Source: an uncultured Methanomicrobiales archaeon
GTDB lineage: Archaea > Halobacteriota > Methanomicrobia > Methanomicrobiales > JACTUA01
Length of the DNA stretch: 63,383 nucleotides
Direction: 5' to 3'
NCBI GenBank assembly: GCA_964551875.1
Contig: CAZKEV010000006.1
Location: forward strand, 1-63,383
The position numbers and the translations under genes are program-made. Positions 47,609 through 57,203 of the stretch are shown here, in pieces. Within the stretch, counting starts at the first letter, position 1. Every line of letters begins with the position of its first letter. The notes beneath the pieces are model-generated. The model ran no database searches. It had not been told where the DNA came from and saw only the letters and a program-made list of their open reading frames with translations.

Positions 47609-49064
47609 TCCCGGCACCTCCTGCAAAGAGAACGGAGGGTATCTCCTCCACCAGGTCACTGGCGGTCATCCCGTCCCCTCTCCTCCGGGCCGCGATCATC
47701 CCCGCCGACCCGTTCACGTATGCGGCGATGCTGGCGGCCTCGAAAGCCGGCAGCCTGCAGAGGAGGGCTCCCGTGACGCCTGCAAGGACATCCCCGGTCC
47801 CTGCCACCGCCATCGCGGGGGAGCCCGTGGGGTTGAACCGCACCCTGCTCCCGTCGGATATGACATCCACCGGCCCCTTGAGGAGGACGACCGGGCGCTC
47901 GTTAGAGTGGCCGGTCGTGGAGAGAACCGGCAATGCCGGTTTTCGACCGACGACCCCGCCCCCCGCCGCGTCTCGGACCGCACGCCCGCGTTCGGCAAGC
48001 CCTTCAGGTGGGGGATTCCCGGTCATCCGCTGGAACTCCCCTGCATGGGGGGTGTAGATGGTCTCCTTCGAGACCGGCAGGGGGAGACGGAGGGCGTCTG
48101 CATCAAAGACCGCCTTCCTGGCCGCACCTGCAACGGCGAGTACCACATTGTGGCTCCAGATACCGAGGCCGTTTCCAACCACCACCGCGTCCGCCCGTTC
48201 CACGAGGCCGAGGATCCTCTCGAGATGGCCGGCGTCGATGCGGTCTCCTTCCAGCCGCTCGTAGATGAGGTCCGGGACAGGTTCAAAGACCGGGGATGCG
48301 ATCCGCACGATATCGGCCCCCGCACGAAGAGCCCCCAGGCCCGCAAGATAGGGTGCACCCTGGTAAGGCCCTCCACCGATGACCAGGACCTCGCCGTTCT
48401 CACCCTTCCGTGCATTCGCCGCCCGCCGTGGGACCAGGGTGAGGTCGCCAGGGCCCATGAAGACCTCGGCCGCGAGAGGGATCCCGATATCGACGACCTC
48501 GGCATCGTCGGTCTTTGGGCGGTGGAAGGCGCAGATCCGGGTGGCCCGCATCCCCGGGGTCGGGAGATCGGCTGCGATGATCGGGGCCTTCGTCTTGCTG
48601 GCGAGGTCAACGCAGCGCGAGACGGGCTCCCTCGTCCTGCCCGAGGCACCGGTCCCGATGAGGGCATCGATGATGACATCCGCGGCGGTGAAGAGGGGCG
48701 AGTGGACCTCGACATCGGAGGCACACTTCACGGAGTGGAGGATAACGGCTGAACCAGCCAGGATGCGGAGCTGCATCTCGGTCTCGGGGGCAATGGGACC
48801 GTCAGAGGCGTAGATGACCTCGGTAGTGAGATCCTGGAGGTAGCGAGCCGCAACCATCCCGTCCCCACCGTTCCTCCCTCTCCCGCAGAGGACGAGGACC
48901 CGGGAGGGCGAGAGCTCGAGAGCCATCTCTGCGAGCGCTCTCCCCGCGCTCTCCATCATCTGGAGGGACCCCACACCGAGGGTGATCGCGTTCCCCTCCA
49001 CCGCCCGCATCCGTGCCGCGCTCACGAGCCCCTTCTCCAGGAACTCCCGCATCTCCGGTTCCAT
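47601..49064 (-). CDS. nnr: Bifunctional NAD(P)H-hydrate epimerase/dehydratase
   Basis: LQMMESAG, GRNGGDG, DALIGTG, GGGPYQGAP, TPHAGEF, LLKG, AGTGDVLAG; carries a 21-aa insert. Confidence 0.93.
   Translation of the reverse strand: MEPEMREFLEKGLVSAARMRAVEGNAITLGVGSLQMMESAGRALAEMALELSPSRVLVLCGRGRNGGDGMVAARYLQDLTTEVIYASDGPIAPETEMQLRILAGSAVILHSVKCASDVEVHSPLFTAADVIIDALIGTGASGRTREPVSRCVDLASKTKAPIIAADLPTPGMRATRICAFHRPKTDDAEVVDIGIPLAAEVFMGPGDLTLVPRRAANARKGENGEVLVIGGGPYQGAPYLAGLGALRAGADIVRIASPVFEPVPDLIYERLEGDRIDAGHLERILGLVERADAVVVGNGLGIWSHNVVLAVAGAARKAVFDADALRLPLPVSKETIYTPHAGEFQRMTGNPPPEGLAERGRAVRDAAGGGVVGRKPALPVLSTTGHSNERPVVLLKGPVDVISDGSRVRFNPTGSPAMAVAGTGDVLAGVTGALLCRLPAFEAASIAAYVNGSAGMIAARRRGDGMTASDLVEEIPSVLFAGGAGNG
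47886..47955. repeat. 63-bp palindromic in-frame insertion in nnr flanked by a 7-bp direct repeat (GACGACC)
   Basis: GACGACC at 47886-47892 and 47949-47955; internal hairpin AACCGGCA-A-TGCCGGTT (47925-47941) and GACCGG...CCGGTC (47889-47916). Confidence 0.65.
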
Positions 49065-49105
49065 TACAGCTACCCTTCATCTGGAGGGAGATATATTCTA
49101 TGATA

Positions 49106-50503
49106 ATGGATCTCCTCACGGATGCGGAGGCTGCCGCCGGGCTCGTGGCAGAGGCAGGCGAGGTGACCCTCGTCTCCCACATTGATGCCGACGGCATCTG
49201 CTCCGAGGCGATCCTCTCACTCGCCCTCGAACGGCGGGGGATCCCCGTCCGCCCGATCTTCGTCCGGCAGCTGGAGCCCATGACGATGGGCACCATCCCG
49301 AAGGACCGGTCCTTCAAGGTCTTCACCGACCTCGGCTCAGGGCAGCAGAACCTCCTCGCAGAGCATGGTCTCTCCGAGGAGGAGGTCCTCATCCTGGACC
49401 ACCATGTCAGCCAGCCCGCGGGGAAGTCCTACCGCGAGGTGAACGCCCTCAATTACGGGCACGGGAAGCTCGCCGCATCAGGTGTGGCATATCTCGTCGC
49501 TCGTGCCCTGGACCCGAAGAACGCGGATCTCGCCAAGCTCGCGGTGATCGGGAACGTCGGGGACATGATGGCACGGACGGACCTGGGGCTGATTGGCCCA
49601 TCCCGGGAGATTGTAGATGATGGGGTCCGCCACGGCTCTGTCGAGGTGGTGAAGAAGGATCTCAACTGCTTCGGCATCTCCACCCGGCCGGTCCACCTCT
49701 GCCTCGCATACAATGACGACCCCTTTGTCCCCGGCATCACGAGCAACCCGAACGGGGCGCTCCAGCTCCTCCAGCGCCTCGGGGTCACCCTGAAACACCC
49801 CTCCGGGCGCTGGCTCGTCTGGGAGGAGATCCCCGTCGATGAGAAGAGGAGGGTGATCTCGGCCCTTGCCCAGCAGCTCCTCTCCCATGGGAGGAGCCCT
49901 GACCGGCTCCTTGCCGAAGCGTACCTCTTCCCCGGTGAGAACCAGAGGACACCCCTCCGCAATGCCTCCGAGTTCGCGACGGTGCTCAATGCCTGCGGGA
50001 GGTGGGCAAAGCCGACCGTCGGAAGCAAGATCTGCAGGGGGGACCGGGGGATGGCCTATCGGGAGGCCGAGCGAATGCTCACCCACCACCGGGGGATGAT
50101 CCGGGACCTCCTCCAGTTCATCCTTGAGAAGGGCGTGACCGAGATCTCCCACCTCCAGCATATCCACGTGGGGGACCGTTTCCCGGACACCATCATCGGG
50201 ATCGGTGCAGGGATGGCCCTGTCGAGGCTCAACCGGAGGAAACCCATCCTGATCATGGCCGAGATGAGTGACGATCCCCTCATCACCAAGGTCTCCATGA
50301 GGACGAACGAGGAGCTGGTGCAGGGGGGCACCGATCTCCAGCAGGCAATCGTCGATGCAACAGCCGAGGTCGGGGGGTCCGGCGGCGGACACCGCATCGC
50401 TGCAGGTGCGTACATCCCCCGGGAACTCGAAGAGAGGTTCATCCACAGTGTCAACCGAAGGCTCGAGAGCCAGAATGCTCGCCCGGGTAAGGACCATCGC
50501 TGA
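49106..50503 (+). CDS. DHH/DHHA1 phosphoesterase (RecJ/Cdc45-like)
   Basis: SHIDADG, FTDLGS, ILDHH, GNVGDM, GGGHRIAAGA. Confidence 0.9.
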   Translation: MDLLTDAEAAAGLVAEAGEVTLVSHIDADGICSEAILSLALERRGIPVRPIFVRQLEPMTMGTIPKDRSFKVFTDLGSGQQNLLAEHGLSEEEVLILDHHVSQPAGKSYREVNALNYGHGKLAASGVAYLVARALDPKNADLAKLAVIGNVGDMMARTDLGLIGPSREIVDDGVRHGSVEVVKKDLNCFGISTRPVHLCLAYNDDPFVPGITSNPNGALQLLQRLGVTLKHPSGRWLVWEEIPVDEKRRVISALAQQLLSHGRSPDRLLAEAYLFPGENQRTPLRNASEFATVLNACGRWAKPTVGSKICRGDRGMAYREAERMLTHHRGMIRDLLQFILEKGVTEISHLQHIHVGDRFPDTIIGIGAGMALSRLNRRKPILIMAEMSDDPLITKVSMRTNEELVQGGTDLQQAIVDATAEVGGSGGGHRIAAGAYIPRELEERFIHSVNRRLESQNARPGKDHR

Positions 50504-50945
50504 CTACCAGTTCGGGAACGGAGCAGGGAACGCGCTCTTCCCCGAAGGGTGCGAGTTCCAGCTCTCCCAGACAGGCCGGGTGAGGCAGATCCTCCTTATC
50601 GGGGAACGCCTCGCGACCGTTCGTGCGAGTGACGGACGTCTTACCCTGTCCTATACCGGCGCAACCCGGCTCATCAAGGCTATCCCCCCGCCGGGATACC
50701 GGGTCTCCATCGACCCGTCGGTCTCAGAGTTCATCGCGAAGGGGAAGACTGCTTTTGCCAAGCACGTGATCGACGCTGACCCAAGGATCCGGGCAGGGGA
50801 CGAGGTGCTCGTGGTCACGGGGGATGACGAGCTCCTTGCCACAGGGACGGCGATCCTGGGGGGGGCGGAGATGCTGGCATTTAATTACGGTCCAGCGGTA
50901 AAGGTAAGGCAGGGAAGGGAGAGCCCGTGTTTCCAGGACGAATGA
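50475..50945 (+). CDS. PUA-domain protein (archaeosine TGT C-terminal-like)
   Basis: RTIADYQFG, GKTAFAKHVIDADPRIRAGDEVLVV, AVKVRQG. Confidence 0.88.
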   Translation: MLARVRTIADYQFGNGAGNALFPEGCEFQLSQTGRVRQILLIGERLATVRASDGRLTLSYTGATRLIKAIPPPGYRVSIDPSVSEFIAKGKTAFAKHVIDADPRIRAGDEVLVVTGDDELLATGTAILGGAEMLAFNYGPAVKVRQGRESPCFQDE

Positions 50946-51271
50946 ACCCCCGGAAGATGAAGCAGATGATGAACAAACTCGGCATGGAGATGGAGCCGCT
51001 GGAAGGGGTGGAGCGGATCGTCATCTCCACGGCGAAGGGGGACTACATCTTCGACGGGGCAGAAGTGGTGGCCATGACCATGCAGGGGGTGAAGACCTTC
51101 CAGATCACCGGCGAGCCGCGGTTCGAGCCGAAGGCGCCCCCCATCTCGGAGGAGGACGTCAGGCTCGTAATCGAGCAGACGAAGGCCCCCGAAGAGAAGG
51201 TCCGCCGGACCCTGGCCGAGACCCGGGGCGATATAGCCGAAGCAATCCTGCGGCTCCAGGGCCATGGTTGA
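50927..51271 (+). CDS. nac: Nascent polypeptide-associated complex protein
   Basis: MNPRKMKQMM...EEDVRLVIEQT...GDIAEAILRL. Confidence 0.93.
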   Translation: MFPGRMNPRKMKQMMNKLGMEMEPLEGVERIVISTAKGDYIFDGAEVVAMTMQGVKTFQITGEPRFEPKAPPISEEDVRLVIEQTKAPEEKVRRTLAETRGDIAEAILRLQGHG

Positions 51272-51989
51272 GGACGGTGACCGTGTCCTCCTTGTCCGGG
51301 AGGACCGGGAGTTCTACGTCCAGGCAGGGAACAAGCAGCTCGCGACCGACCTTGGGACCATCGACCTCTCCGTCCTCGTTGGAGCAGAGCCCGGGGACGT
51401 GGTAAGAACCCACCTGGGGCACGAGTTCGTGGTGCGGATCCCCCGGGCACCGGACTTCTTCACCCATGCGGCACGCAGCGGCGCTCCTATGCTCCCCAAG
51501 GATATCGGCCTCGTCATCGCCCACACCGGTATGAACCGGCACGACGAGATCCTCGATGCCGGCACAGGGTCCGGGATCGCGGTCATCTATTACGCCGGTA
51601 TCGCGAAGTCAGTGAAGACCTACGAGATCCGGTCCAACTTCTCGAAGATGGCGGCAAAGAACCTGAAGGCCGCGCATATCGATAACGTCGAGATCGTGGA
51701 GGGTGATATCCTCACCGCCGACGGGAAATATGATATCGTCCACCTGGACCTCCAGGTCAGCCCCGAACATATCTCCCATGCCTACTCGCTCCTCAGGCCA
51801 GGGGGGTTCCTCGCCTGCTACTCCCCGTTCCTCGAGCAGCTCTTCCTCGTGGTTGAGGAGGCGAAGAAGCTCTTCCCCGAGGTGCACATCCGGGAGTGCA
51901 TCGAGCGGGAGATCGTCAGGAGCCCACGGGGGACGCGGCCCTCCACCCGGGTCTCCCACTCGGGCTACCTGACGTTTGCGAGGAAGTAA
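51264..51989 (+). CDS. trmI: tRNA (adenine-N1)-methyltransferase TrmI-like
   Basis: APMLPKDIG, DAGTGSG, YSPFLEQ, GTRPSTRVSHSGYLTFAR. Confidence 0.88.
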   Translation: MVEDGDRVLLVREDREFYVQAGNKQLATDLGTIDLSVLVGAEPGDVVRTHLGHEFVVRIPRAPDFFTHAARSGAPMLPKDIGLVIAHTGMNRHDEILDAGTGSGIAVIYYAGIAKSVKTYEIRSNFSKMAAKNLKAAHIDNVEIVEGDILTADGKYDIVHLDLQVSPEHISHAYSLLRPGGFLACYSPFLEQLFLVVEEAKKLFPEVHIRECIEREIVRSPRGTRPSTRVSHSGYLTFARK

Positions 51990-51994
51990 GGGGC

Positions 51995-52294
51995 CTACAA
52001 CTTCTCCAACGCCTCCCTCCCTGTCATCCCCGGCTTCACCCCTCGGGCCTGCGCCGGTCCGTTGGCATCCTTCACGATTCCTGCCAGGAGGTCAGGGATG
52101 GACGCCACAGAGGGCCCGGTGGATGGTCTCACCCTTGCAGCAGGGTAGCCGAACTTCTCCAGGGCTGCTACATCGAATGCCCCGCATCCCACCATCCCCC
52201 TGTCTGTCACCACCGCGACAAGGTTCACCGGCCCGAGGGGGTAGACGAACCCTCTCGCGGATTTTCCTCCCAGTTCCACCTTCACGTCACACAT
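51995..52294 (-). CDS. YunC/DUF1805 family protein
   Basis: RGMVGCGAFDV, AQARGVKPGMTGREALEKL. Confidence 0.85.
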   Translation of the reverse strand: MCDVKVELGGKSARGFVYPLGPVNLVAVVTDRGMVGCGAFDVAALEKFGYPAARVRPSTGPSVASIPDLLAGIVKDANGPAQARGVKPGMTGREALEKL

Positions 52295-52517
52295 CAGTAT
52301 CACTGGAACTATCTGGCAGGGCCGGGTCAAGAACCCTTTGCCACCGCACATTCCCTCTGTCGGGGATCCACATCCAGCCCCGCTCCCCTGCCCGGGTGGA
52401 TACTTCTATCAGGAGAGATGCTCAATAATTTCTGGAAAGCCCACACCGATACCGGAAGGGGGATCTGGAAAATGATGCTGTTCCTGGAAGGATCCGGGCA
52501 CCGGGCGGGGTGATCCG

Positions 52518-53411
52518 GTGCGGCATATCATCTCTATCAGGGATTTTTCGCGACTGGATCTCGACCACCTCCTCGACCGTGCTGAGGACTTTGCAGGAGG
52601 GTATGACAGGAACCTCCTCGCAGGGAAGATCGTCGCCCTCCTCTTCTTCGAACCATCCACCCGGACCCGCATGTCCTTTGCATCGGCCATGGCGCGGCTG
52701 GGCGGAGCCAGCATCTCGGTCGATTCCGTCGAGGCCTCCTCCATTGCGAAGGGAGAGACCCTTGCCGACACGATACGGGTCGTGAGCGGATATACCGATG
52801 CCATCGTGCTCCGGCACCCCAAGGAAGGTGCGGCACGGCTCGCATCCGAATTTGCGCAGGTGCCGGTCATCAATGCCGGCGACGGGGCAGGGCAGCACCC
52901 CTCCCAGACGCTCCTCGACCTCTACACCATCCGGAAGTCCATGGATATTGACGGTCTCGAGGTGGGGATCCTGGGAGACCTGCGCTACGGCCGGACCGCC
53001 CACTCCCTTGCCTACGCCCTCTCCCTCTACCAGGTCACCCTCCATGCCATCGCCCCCCGGGGGCTCGAGTTCCCCGAGGGTCTCCTTCACGAGCTCCACG
53101 ATCGGGGAACAGAGGTGAAGGCCCACAGCGACGTGAAGGAGATCATCCGAGACCTGGACGTCCTCTACATCACCCGGATCCAGAAGGAGCGGTTCCCCGA
53201 CCTCGGCTCCTACTATGACGTGGCCTCCAGCTACCGCATCGCTCCCGAGACCCTCCAGGGGGTGAAGGACCGGCTCATCCTCCTCCACCCACTTCCCCGG
53301 GTGGACGAGATCGATCCCCGGGTGGACAGCACCCCCCATGCCAGGTACTTCGAGCAGTCCAGGAACGGGGTCCCGGTCAGGATGGCCCTCCTCTCCGAGG
53401 TGATGAAATGA
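52518..53411 (+). CDS. pyrB: Aspartate carbamoyltransferase catalytic subunit
   Basis: FFEPSTRT, HPSQTLLD, GDLRYGRT, HPLP. Confidence 0.98.
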   Translation: MRHIISIRDFSRLDLDHLLDRAEDFAGGYDRNLLAGKIVALLFFEPSTRTRMSFASAMARLGGASISVDSVEASSIAKGETLADTIRVVSGYTDAIVLRHPKEGAARLASEFAQVPVINAGDGAGQHPSQTLLDLYTIRKSMDIDGLEVGILGDLRYGRTAHSLAYALSLYQVTLHAIAPRGLEFPEGLLHELHDRGTEVKAHSDVKEIIRDLDVLYITRIQKERFPDLGSYYDVASSYRIAPETLQGVKDRLILLHPLPRVDEIDPRVDSTPHARYFEQSRNGVPVRMALLSEVMK

Positions 53412-53875
53412 ACCCGGGACCCGTGAACAGGACCCTCCTTGTGAGCCAGATCAAGAACGGAACGGTCATCGACCATATCACGGCGGGAGAGGCCTTAAAC
53501 GTCCTCACGATCCTCGGGATCAACGGGACCACCACCGAGTCCCTCTCCATTGCCACGAACGTGGCGAGCGGCAAGGAGGGGAAGAAGGACATCGTGAAGA
53601 TCGAGCGGCGCGAGCTCAGAAAGGAGGAGGTGGACCGGATCGCGCTGATCGCCCCCCATGCCACCATCAATATCATCCGGGATTACGAGGTGGTCGAGAA
53701 GAAAGGGGTGACCATCCCCCGTGTCATCCGCGCCGTGGTGAAGTGCCCGAACCCGGGGTGCATCTCCAATGCGAGCGAGCCCATCGAGTCCGCGTTTGAG
53801 GTCCTCCCGAAGGGGCTCCACTGCCTCTACTGCGACTGGATGATCACGAAGGATATCGCGAGCCACATCATCTGA
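53408..53875 (+). CDS. pyrI: Aspartate carbamoyltransferase regulatory subunit
   Basis: IKNGTVIDHI, KKDIVKIE, CPNPGCIS, CLYC. Confidence 0.97.
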   Translation: MNPGPVNRTLLVSQIKNGTVIDHITAGEALNVLTILGINGTTTESLSIATNVASGKEGKKDIVKIERRELRKEEVDRIALIAPHATINIIRDYEVVEKKGVTIPRVIRAVVKCPNPGCISNASEPIESAFEVLPKGLHCLYCDWMITKDIASHII

Positions 53876-54326
53876 CGAGCCGCCCCTCCCGGTCGATCTC
53901 CCCGCGGTGGATCCGGGTGCTCGAGATCCACCTCCCGTCGTCCGCAAGCACGCACGAGATCAGGTGGATATCCACCTTCTTCCTCCCCCGGTCCTGCCGG
54001 AGCCGGTTGATCTCCATCCCCACCGGGAGGGTCTCTTCGGAGACAACGAGGGCATCGAAGTCCTCGTCCGGGGCGGGTCCGTACCGGTCCCCCAGGGGCT
54101 CGATGCGATACGCGGCCCTGAACTTTTTTCTCTGGATGAACCGCTCGAGCTCCCGTTTCCGTTCATCGAACCGCCGGACAGGGTGGGTCTTTCTCCCGGC
54201 GAACTCGTCGGTGGTGAGGCCGATGACCACGCACCCGCCCGCACCGGCGAGTTCAAAGGAGCGGCTGAGGAGCTTACGGTGCCCTGCATGGAGCGGGTCG
54301 AATGTCCCGCCCACCATAACCTTCAT
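53868..54326 (-). CDS. coaD: Archaeal phosphopantetheine adenylyltransferase
   Basis: MKVMVGGTFDPLHAGH, LVVSEET, ISSTRI. Confidence 0.92.
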   Translation of the reverse strand: MKVMVGGTFDPLHAGHRKLLSRSFELAGAGGCVVIGLTTDEFAGRKTHPVRRFDERKRELERFIQRKKFRAAYRIEPLGDRYGPAPDEDFDALVVSEETLPVGMEINRLRQDRGRKKVDIHLISCVLADDGRWISSTRIHRGEIDREGRLVR

Positions 54327-54356
54327 TCGTGAGAGAAATGAACCTTTTATGGTATT

Positions 54357-54845
54357 ATGGCTGGTGGTAAGGCCGGATCCGGTGGATTCATCGCTCCGAC
54401 GGCAACGGTCATCGGTGATGTCTCCCTGGGGGCGGATACCGGCATCTGGTTCGGCGCGGTCATCCGGGGCGACAAGGACCGGATCGAGATCGGGACAGGT
54501 TCGAATATCCAGGACAATGCCGTCATCCATACGAGCAAAGGCTACCCCGCCCGGATCGGGGAAGAGGTCTCGATAGGTCACGGGGCGATACTCCACGGGT
54601 GCACCATCAGCGACCGGGTCCTCGTTGGTATGGGTGCAATTGTCATGAACGGGGCAGTGATCGGTGAGGATTCCATCATTGCCGCGGGGGCTGTGGTCAC
54701 CGAGGGTGCCGTGATCCCCCCGGGATCGGTGGTGATGGGTGTCCCGGCAAAGGTCGTGAAGCAGGCGACCCCTGACCAGAAGGCAGGGATCAGGAGGAAC
54801 GCCGAGAGCTACATCGCTCTCGCGCGGAGCTACCGGCATGGATGA
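54357..54845 (+). CDS. Gamma-class carbonic anhydrase family protein (YrdA/CamH-like)
   Basis: Hexapeptide repeats; RGDK, NIQDNAVIH, IGHGAILHG. Confidence 0.9.
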   Translation: MAGGKAGSGGFIAPTATVIGDVSLGADTGIWFGAVIRGDKDRIEIGTGSNIQDNAVIHTSKGYPARIGEEVSIGHGAILHGCTISDRVLVGMGAIVMNGAVIGEDSIIAAGAVVTEGAVIPPGSVVMGVPAKVVKQATPDQKAGIRRNAESYIALARSYRHG

Positions 54846-56109
54846 GGTCGCAGTCATCGGAGGGGGGATCGCGGGAATCCAGGCGGCCCTCGAGATCGCG
54901 GACCACGGGATCCGGGTCCACCTGATCGAGCGGGAGCCCTCCATCGGGGGCCACATGGCCCAGCTCGACAAGACCTTCCCGACGAACGACTGCTCCATGT
55001 GCATCCTCTCGCCGAAGATGAACGAGGTAGCCCGGCACCCCGGGATCATACTCCACACGTGCACCGAGGTCACCTCGGTAGAAGGGGAGCCGGGAAGCTA
55101 CCGGCTCACCCTCGTGGCAAAGCCCCGGTTCATCGACAGCGAGCTCTGCAACGGGTGCGGCGAGTGCGTCATCATCTGCCCGGTGGAGGTCTACAACCGG
55201 TTTGATGCCGGAATCGGCGTCCGGAAGGCTATCTACAAGCCCCACTCCCAGGCGGTGCCCGACCTCGTTGTCAAGGACGCAGAACACTGCATCGAGTGCG
55301 GCCTCTGCTACGATGTCTGCGACCTGGATGCCATACGGAAGGAGGAGGAGGAGAGGACCTTTGAGATCGAGGTGGCAAGCATCGTCCTTGCCACGGGATA
55401 CTCGGTCTTCGATGCCCGTAAGAAGGGGTCGCTCGGCTACCTGGTCGTCCCTGACGTCGTCACGAGCCTCGAGCTCGAGCGGCTGATCAATGCGAACGGA
55501 CCCACAGGTGGGAAGGTTGTACGCCTCTCCACGGGGAAGATTCCGAAGAGCGTGGTCTTTGTCCAGTGCGTCGGCTCACGGGACACCTCGATCGACCGGC
55601 CCTGGTGCTCCTGCGTCTGCTGCATGGCAGCCATCAAGAACGCCATCCTCCTCAAAGAGAAGTACCCGGAGATGGAGGTGACCATCTGCCACAACGATAT
55701 CCGCGCATACGGGAAGGGCTACGAGGAGTACTTCAACCGTGCCGAGCGGATGGGGGTCCGGTTCCTGAAAGGTCTCCCGGGCGAGGTCTGGTCAGACGGC
55801 AGGGGCCCTGCCCTCCAGGTGGAGAATACCGAGACCCAGGTGATCGAGATTCTCCACCCTGACCTGGTCATCCTCTCGGTCGGCATCGGGCCCGGTGAAG
55901 GGACGTGTGAGGTTGCCGGAATCCTCGGGATACCGCTGGAGAAGTCAGGGTTCGTGCAGCCCCTCGACGACAAGCTCGGTCCCTTCCTCACGAGGCGGCC
56001 CGGGATCTACCTTGCTGGCACGGCAACAGCCCCGAGGGACATCCCGGACTCGGTTGCCATGGGTGGGGCGGCGGCCATGCGGGCCTTCACCGATACCCTG
56101 CGGGAGTGA
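54838..56109 (+). CDS. Short HdrA-like flavoprotein with a 2x[4Fe-4S] insert
   Basis: GGGIAG, IGGHMAQLDKTFPTNDC, CNGCGEC, CIECGLC, QCVGSRD, CSCVCCM, PRDIPDSV. Confidence 0.9.
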   Translation: MDEVAVIGGGIAGIQAALEIADHGIRVHLIEREPSIGGHMAQLDKTFPTNDCSMCILSPKMNEVARHPGIILHTCTEVTSVEGEPGSYRLTLVAKPRFIDSELCNGCGECVIICPVEVYNRFDAGIGVRKAIYKPHSQAVPDLVVKDAEHCIECGLCYDVCDLDAIRKEEEERTFEIEVASIVLATGYSVFDARKKGSLGYLVVPDVVTSLELERLINANGPTGGKVVRLSTGKIPKSVVFVQCVGSRDTSIDRPWCSCVCCMAAIKNAILLKEKYPEMEVTICHNDIRAYGKGYEEYFNRAERMGVRFLKGLPGEVWSDGRGPALQVENTETQVIEILHPDLVILSVGIGPGEGTCEVAGILGIPLEKSGFVQPLDDKLGPFLTRRPGIYLAGTATAPRDIPDSVAMGGAAAMRAFTDTLRE

Positions 56110-57152
56110 AGGCTGTGCCAGAAAGGCCGGAGCCAACCATATCCTGGGACGGGGGAACGGGATCCATCCGCTTCATCGACCAGACCCTGCTCCCCGAACG
56201 CTGCGAGGTCGTCACCTGCGGGACCGTGGAACGGCTTATCGTCGCCATCTCGCGCCTCGAGATACGGGGGGCCCCGGCCCTCGGTGTCGCAGGAGGGATG
56301 GGGGTAGCCCTTGCCGCGGAAAGGTGCAGGGAAGCCACGCGGGATGCCTTTCTCCGGGAGGTGGAGGAGGCGGCCGCCCGCATTGCCGCCACGCGCCCCA
56401 CCGCGGTGAACCTTTCCTGGGGAGTCAACCGTGTCCTCGCCCGCGTGAGAGAAGCGGTGGATCCCGCTGAAGCGAGGAAGGTTGCGATCCGGGAGGCGAT
56501 GGTGATGGCAGAAGAGGACCGGGCGACCTGCATGAGGATTGGTGACCACGGGACCTCGCTCATCCCTGACGGGGCAACGATACTCACCCATTGCAACGCC
56601 GGGGCCCTTGCATGCACCGAGTGGGGCACAGCCCTCGGCGTTGTCCGTTCCGCTGCCCGGGCAGGCAAACGGGTGAAGGTCATCGCCTGCGAGACGAGGC
56701 CCCTCTTCCAGGGCTCGAGGCTCACCGCCTGGGAGCTCTCCCGCGACGGGATCGATGTGACCGTCATCCCTGACGGGAGCGCAGCGTACCTCATGCGAAA
56801 GGGCGAGATAGACCTCGTCCTGGTGGGTGCTGACCGGATCACCCGGGATGCGGTCTTCAACAAGATTGGCACTTACATGCACGCCATCTGTGCCCGCCAC
56901 CATGGCATTCCCTTCTATGTCGCCGCACCACGTTCGACCTTCGACCTCCGCTCGGGCGAGGAGGGGGTGACCATCGAGGAACGGGACAGGAGTGAGGTGA
57001 GCCGGTGCGGGGGACGGACCTTGGTCCCGGACGGGGCGCGGGTGAAGAACCTTGCCTTTGATGCAACCCCCCTCTCCCTCGTATCAGCCATCATCACCGA
57101 GGAGGGGGTGCTCCGGCCCCCCTACCATATCGGCGGCCAGGGATCGCCCTGA
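56106..57152 (+). CDS. mtnA: Methylthioribose-1-phosphate isomerase (eIF2B-like)
   Basis: RGAPALG, TRPTAVNL, LTHCNAGALA, ETRP..QG.RLTAWEL, NKIGTY. Confidence 0.88.
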   Translation: MKAVPERPEPTISWDGGTGSIRFIDQTLLPERCEVVTCGTVERLIVAISRLEIRGAPALGVAGGMGVALAAERCREATRDAFLREVEEAAARIAATRPTAVNLSWGVNRVLARVREAVDPAEARKVAIREAMVMAEEDRATCMRIGDHGTSLIPDGATILTHCNAGALACTEWGTALGVVRSAARAGKRVKVIACETRPLFQGSRLTAWELSRDGIDVTVIPDGSAAYLMRKGEIDLVLVGADRITRDAVFNKIGTYMHAICARHHGIPFYVAAPRSTFDLRSGEEGVTIEERDRSEVSRCGGRTLVPDGARVKNLAFDATPLSLVSAIITEEGVLRPPYHIGGQGSP

Positions 57153-57203
57153 TCGCCCCGGGACGAAGTATATCTCCTGAAACAACCAATAATCCCGTAA
57201 AAC

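Noticed and set aside
53868-55073. 401-aa ORF as a fusion protein
   Set aside because: Only the last 152 aa (from 54326) are CoaD; the rest is antisense to the gamma-CA and HdrA-like genes.
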